64,000 nucleotides of DNA from Antedon mediterranea (taxonomy: Eukaryota; Animalia; Echinodermata). This document shows positions 61,667-64,000 of the stretch, in pieces; the stretch's first letter is position 1; every line of letters begins with the position of its first letter. A program made the translations under genes and the position numbers. The notes under the pieces are model-generated. The model was not told where the DNA came from. It made no database searches and saw nothing but the letters and a program-made list of their open reading frames with translations. The stretch is from positions 22,519,237 to 22,583,236 of the forward strand of contig NC_092672.1 of the NCBI RefSeq assembly GCF_964355755.1, given 5' to 3'.

Positions 61667-62733
61667 AACTACACCTTTACATAGTTGGCATAAACTACAC
61701 CTTTACATAGTTGGTATAAACTACACCTTTACATAGTTGGCATAAACTACTCCTTTACATAGTTGGTATAAACTACACCTTTAACATAGTTGGCATAAAC
61801 TACACCTTTACATAGTTGGTATAAACTACACCTTTACATAGTTGGTATAAACTACACATTTACATAGTTTGCATAAACTACACCTTTACATAGTTGGCAT
61901 AAACTACACCTTTACATAGTTGGCATAAACTACACCTTTACATAGTTGACATAAACTACACCTTTACATAGTTGGTATAAACTACACATTTACATAGTTG
62001 ACATAAACTACACATTTACATAGTTGGTATAGACTACACCTTTACATAGTTGGTATAGACTACACCTTTACATAGTTGGTATAAACTACACCTTTACATA
62101 GTTGGCATAAACTACACCTTTACATAGTTGGTATAAACTACTCCTTTACATAGTTGGTATAAACTACACCTTTACATAGTTGGCATAAACTACACCTTTA
62201 CATAGTTGGTATAAACTACACCTTTACATTGTTGGTATAAACTACACATTTACATAGTTTGCATAAACTACACCTTTACATAGTTGGTATAAACTACACC
62301 TTTACATAGTTGGCATAAACTACACCTTTACATAGTTGGTATAAACTACTCCTTTACATAGTTGGTATAAACTACACCTTTACATAGTTGGCATAAACTA
62401 CACCTTTACATAGTTGGCATAAACTACACCTTTACATAGTTGGTATAAACTACACCTTTACATAGTTGGTATAAACTACACCTTTACATAGTTGACATAA
62501 ACTACACCTTTACATAGTTGGTATAAACTACACCTTTACATAGTTGACATAAACTACACCTTTACATAGTTGGTATAAACTACACCTTTAACATAGTTGG
62601 CATAAACTACACCTTTACATAGTTGGCATAAACTACACCTTTACATAGTTGGCATAAACTACACCTTTACATAGTTGGTATAAACTACACCTTTACATAG
62701 TTGACATAAACTACACTTTTACATAGTTGGCAT
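61667..62733. repeat. 26-bp minisatellite, ~41 copies
   Basis: AAACTACACCTTTACATAGTTGG(C/T)AT unit. Confidence 0.97.
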
Positions 62734-63771
62734 CAAAATAACATAAAAAGAATACAAACAATACAACAAACGGATACAAAATAAATGGCGTGAATACAGG
62801 AACAACTAATTTTAAACCAACCGACTCGATCTCTGTTGTAGTCACACATCACTGAAATAAAAAACCATTAAATATTAGAGTAATAAGTGAAAATAATCAT
62901 AATAACTTAAACTATAGTATATATAATAATGACTGAAAAATATCGATAACTGAAAGGGTAACATACACTACTCCACACTAACATTTGCAAGCTAGCTCTG
63001 AGATTATAATTTTGTTTTTCCATGATCTTTATCAACATAGATTAAAATGTTATTGCTGAGGAAAAGTGTATAGTGTTTATGTGTACTGTTGCATACAAAG
63101 TCACGTTAAATTAATAATGTTTCTCTCCGAAGTCCAGGCAATCTAACAACAGGATGCAGGATCTATTATGCTATAATAATAAATTAATAATGTTTCCCTC
63201 CGAAGTGCTATACTAGATCACGTTATACCCAGATATTTATAATTTATACTACACTCTAGATAGAAAAAGAGATCATTCAAACATACTAATATCGATCAGC
63301 AAGAAGTTAATTTTTTAATCAATTGTTTAATAAGTGAAAAAAATGAGTTGCAACCATAATTTCCACATTTGGCTAGCCTGAGATCATGTTTACTATTATA
63401 AATGCCAATACCTTTAGTCTTATAATAGTGCCCTCTATAATGGTTTGACATTTTTTCAAAATATTATAGTGCCCTCTATAGTTTAGACATAATTTTATAA
63501 AACCTCCAGGAATATTTAATTTTTCTAAATTGATAATTTTAGGTTCACATAAATTGACTGCTTTATAATTATCAGCGAAAGACGCTGCATGGATCCATAT
63601 CAGTTTGTATATTGCGTTAATGAGGACGATTTTTTATTTGTTATTTTTTAAATCTTTTTGGCTCATCTGACAAAGCTAAGTCCTATGCAGATCTTCATTT
63701 TTTAAATTTCCTCTCGGCATTTAATACCATCGACTCTCTTATGTATTAATAGATACATATGTATTAATTCG

Positions 63772-64000
63772 AATGTACCGGCTATTGATGACATTTCAGA
63801 GGATTTTTTATCTCAAGTTGACTTTCCTTGTGACGAAATCTTGAATATTTTATCAACGTTGAATATTACTAAAACAGCTGGACCTGATGGTATTCACCCA
63901 CGCATCTTAGTCGAACTAAAGGATATCATTTGCTATCCCCTCCATATTATTTTTACGAAATTGTTTCAAGAAGGAGCCGTCCCTAATAGTTGGAAACGGG
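63772..64000 (+). mobile_element. 5'-truncated CR1-like LINE ORF2 running off the window
   Basis: Open frame ...LNITKTAGPDGIHPRILVELKDIICYPLHIIFTKLFQEGAVPNSWKR, the typical pre-RT motif. Confidence 0.88.

Overview
AT-rich, repeat-dense animal (probably invertebrate) genomic DNA. The first 22 kb holds a spliced minus-strand myosin gene whose motifs match myosin XIX (MYO19). It has 21 exons traced by eye with GT-AG boundaries and consistent phases. The start exon was not found and the last exon has a frame anomaly. Its introns carry nested long-TIR DNA elements with 3-bp TSDs, a decayed L2-like LINE, minisatellites and three tandem duplications of exon-intron junctions. Next is a complete, apparently very young Ty3/Gypsy LTR retrotransposon (22717-30521) with identical 298-bp LTRs, CTGT TSD, tRNA-Ser PBS and a -1 frameshift signal. 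Its domain architecture is unusual: a ComEA-like helix-hairpin-helix at the Gag N-terminus and a PHF8/KDM7-type PHD finger at the integrase C-terminus. This is the best candidate for a new system, a possible H3K4me3-reading integration tether. It is followed by a 13.2-kb Foldback-like element nested in a MITE, whose arms are satellite arrays built from its own terminal motif. The rest is MITEs, minisatellites, two degenerate tRNA-Val copies, candidate 5' exons of a divergent plus-strand gene and the start of a CR1-like LINE. All calls are by eye; no searches were run.
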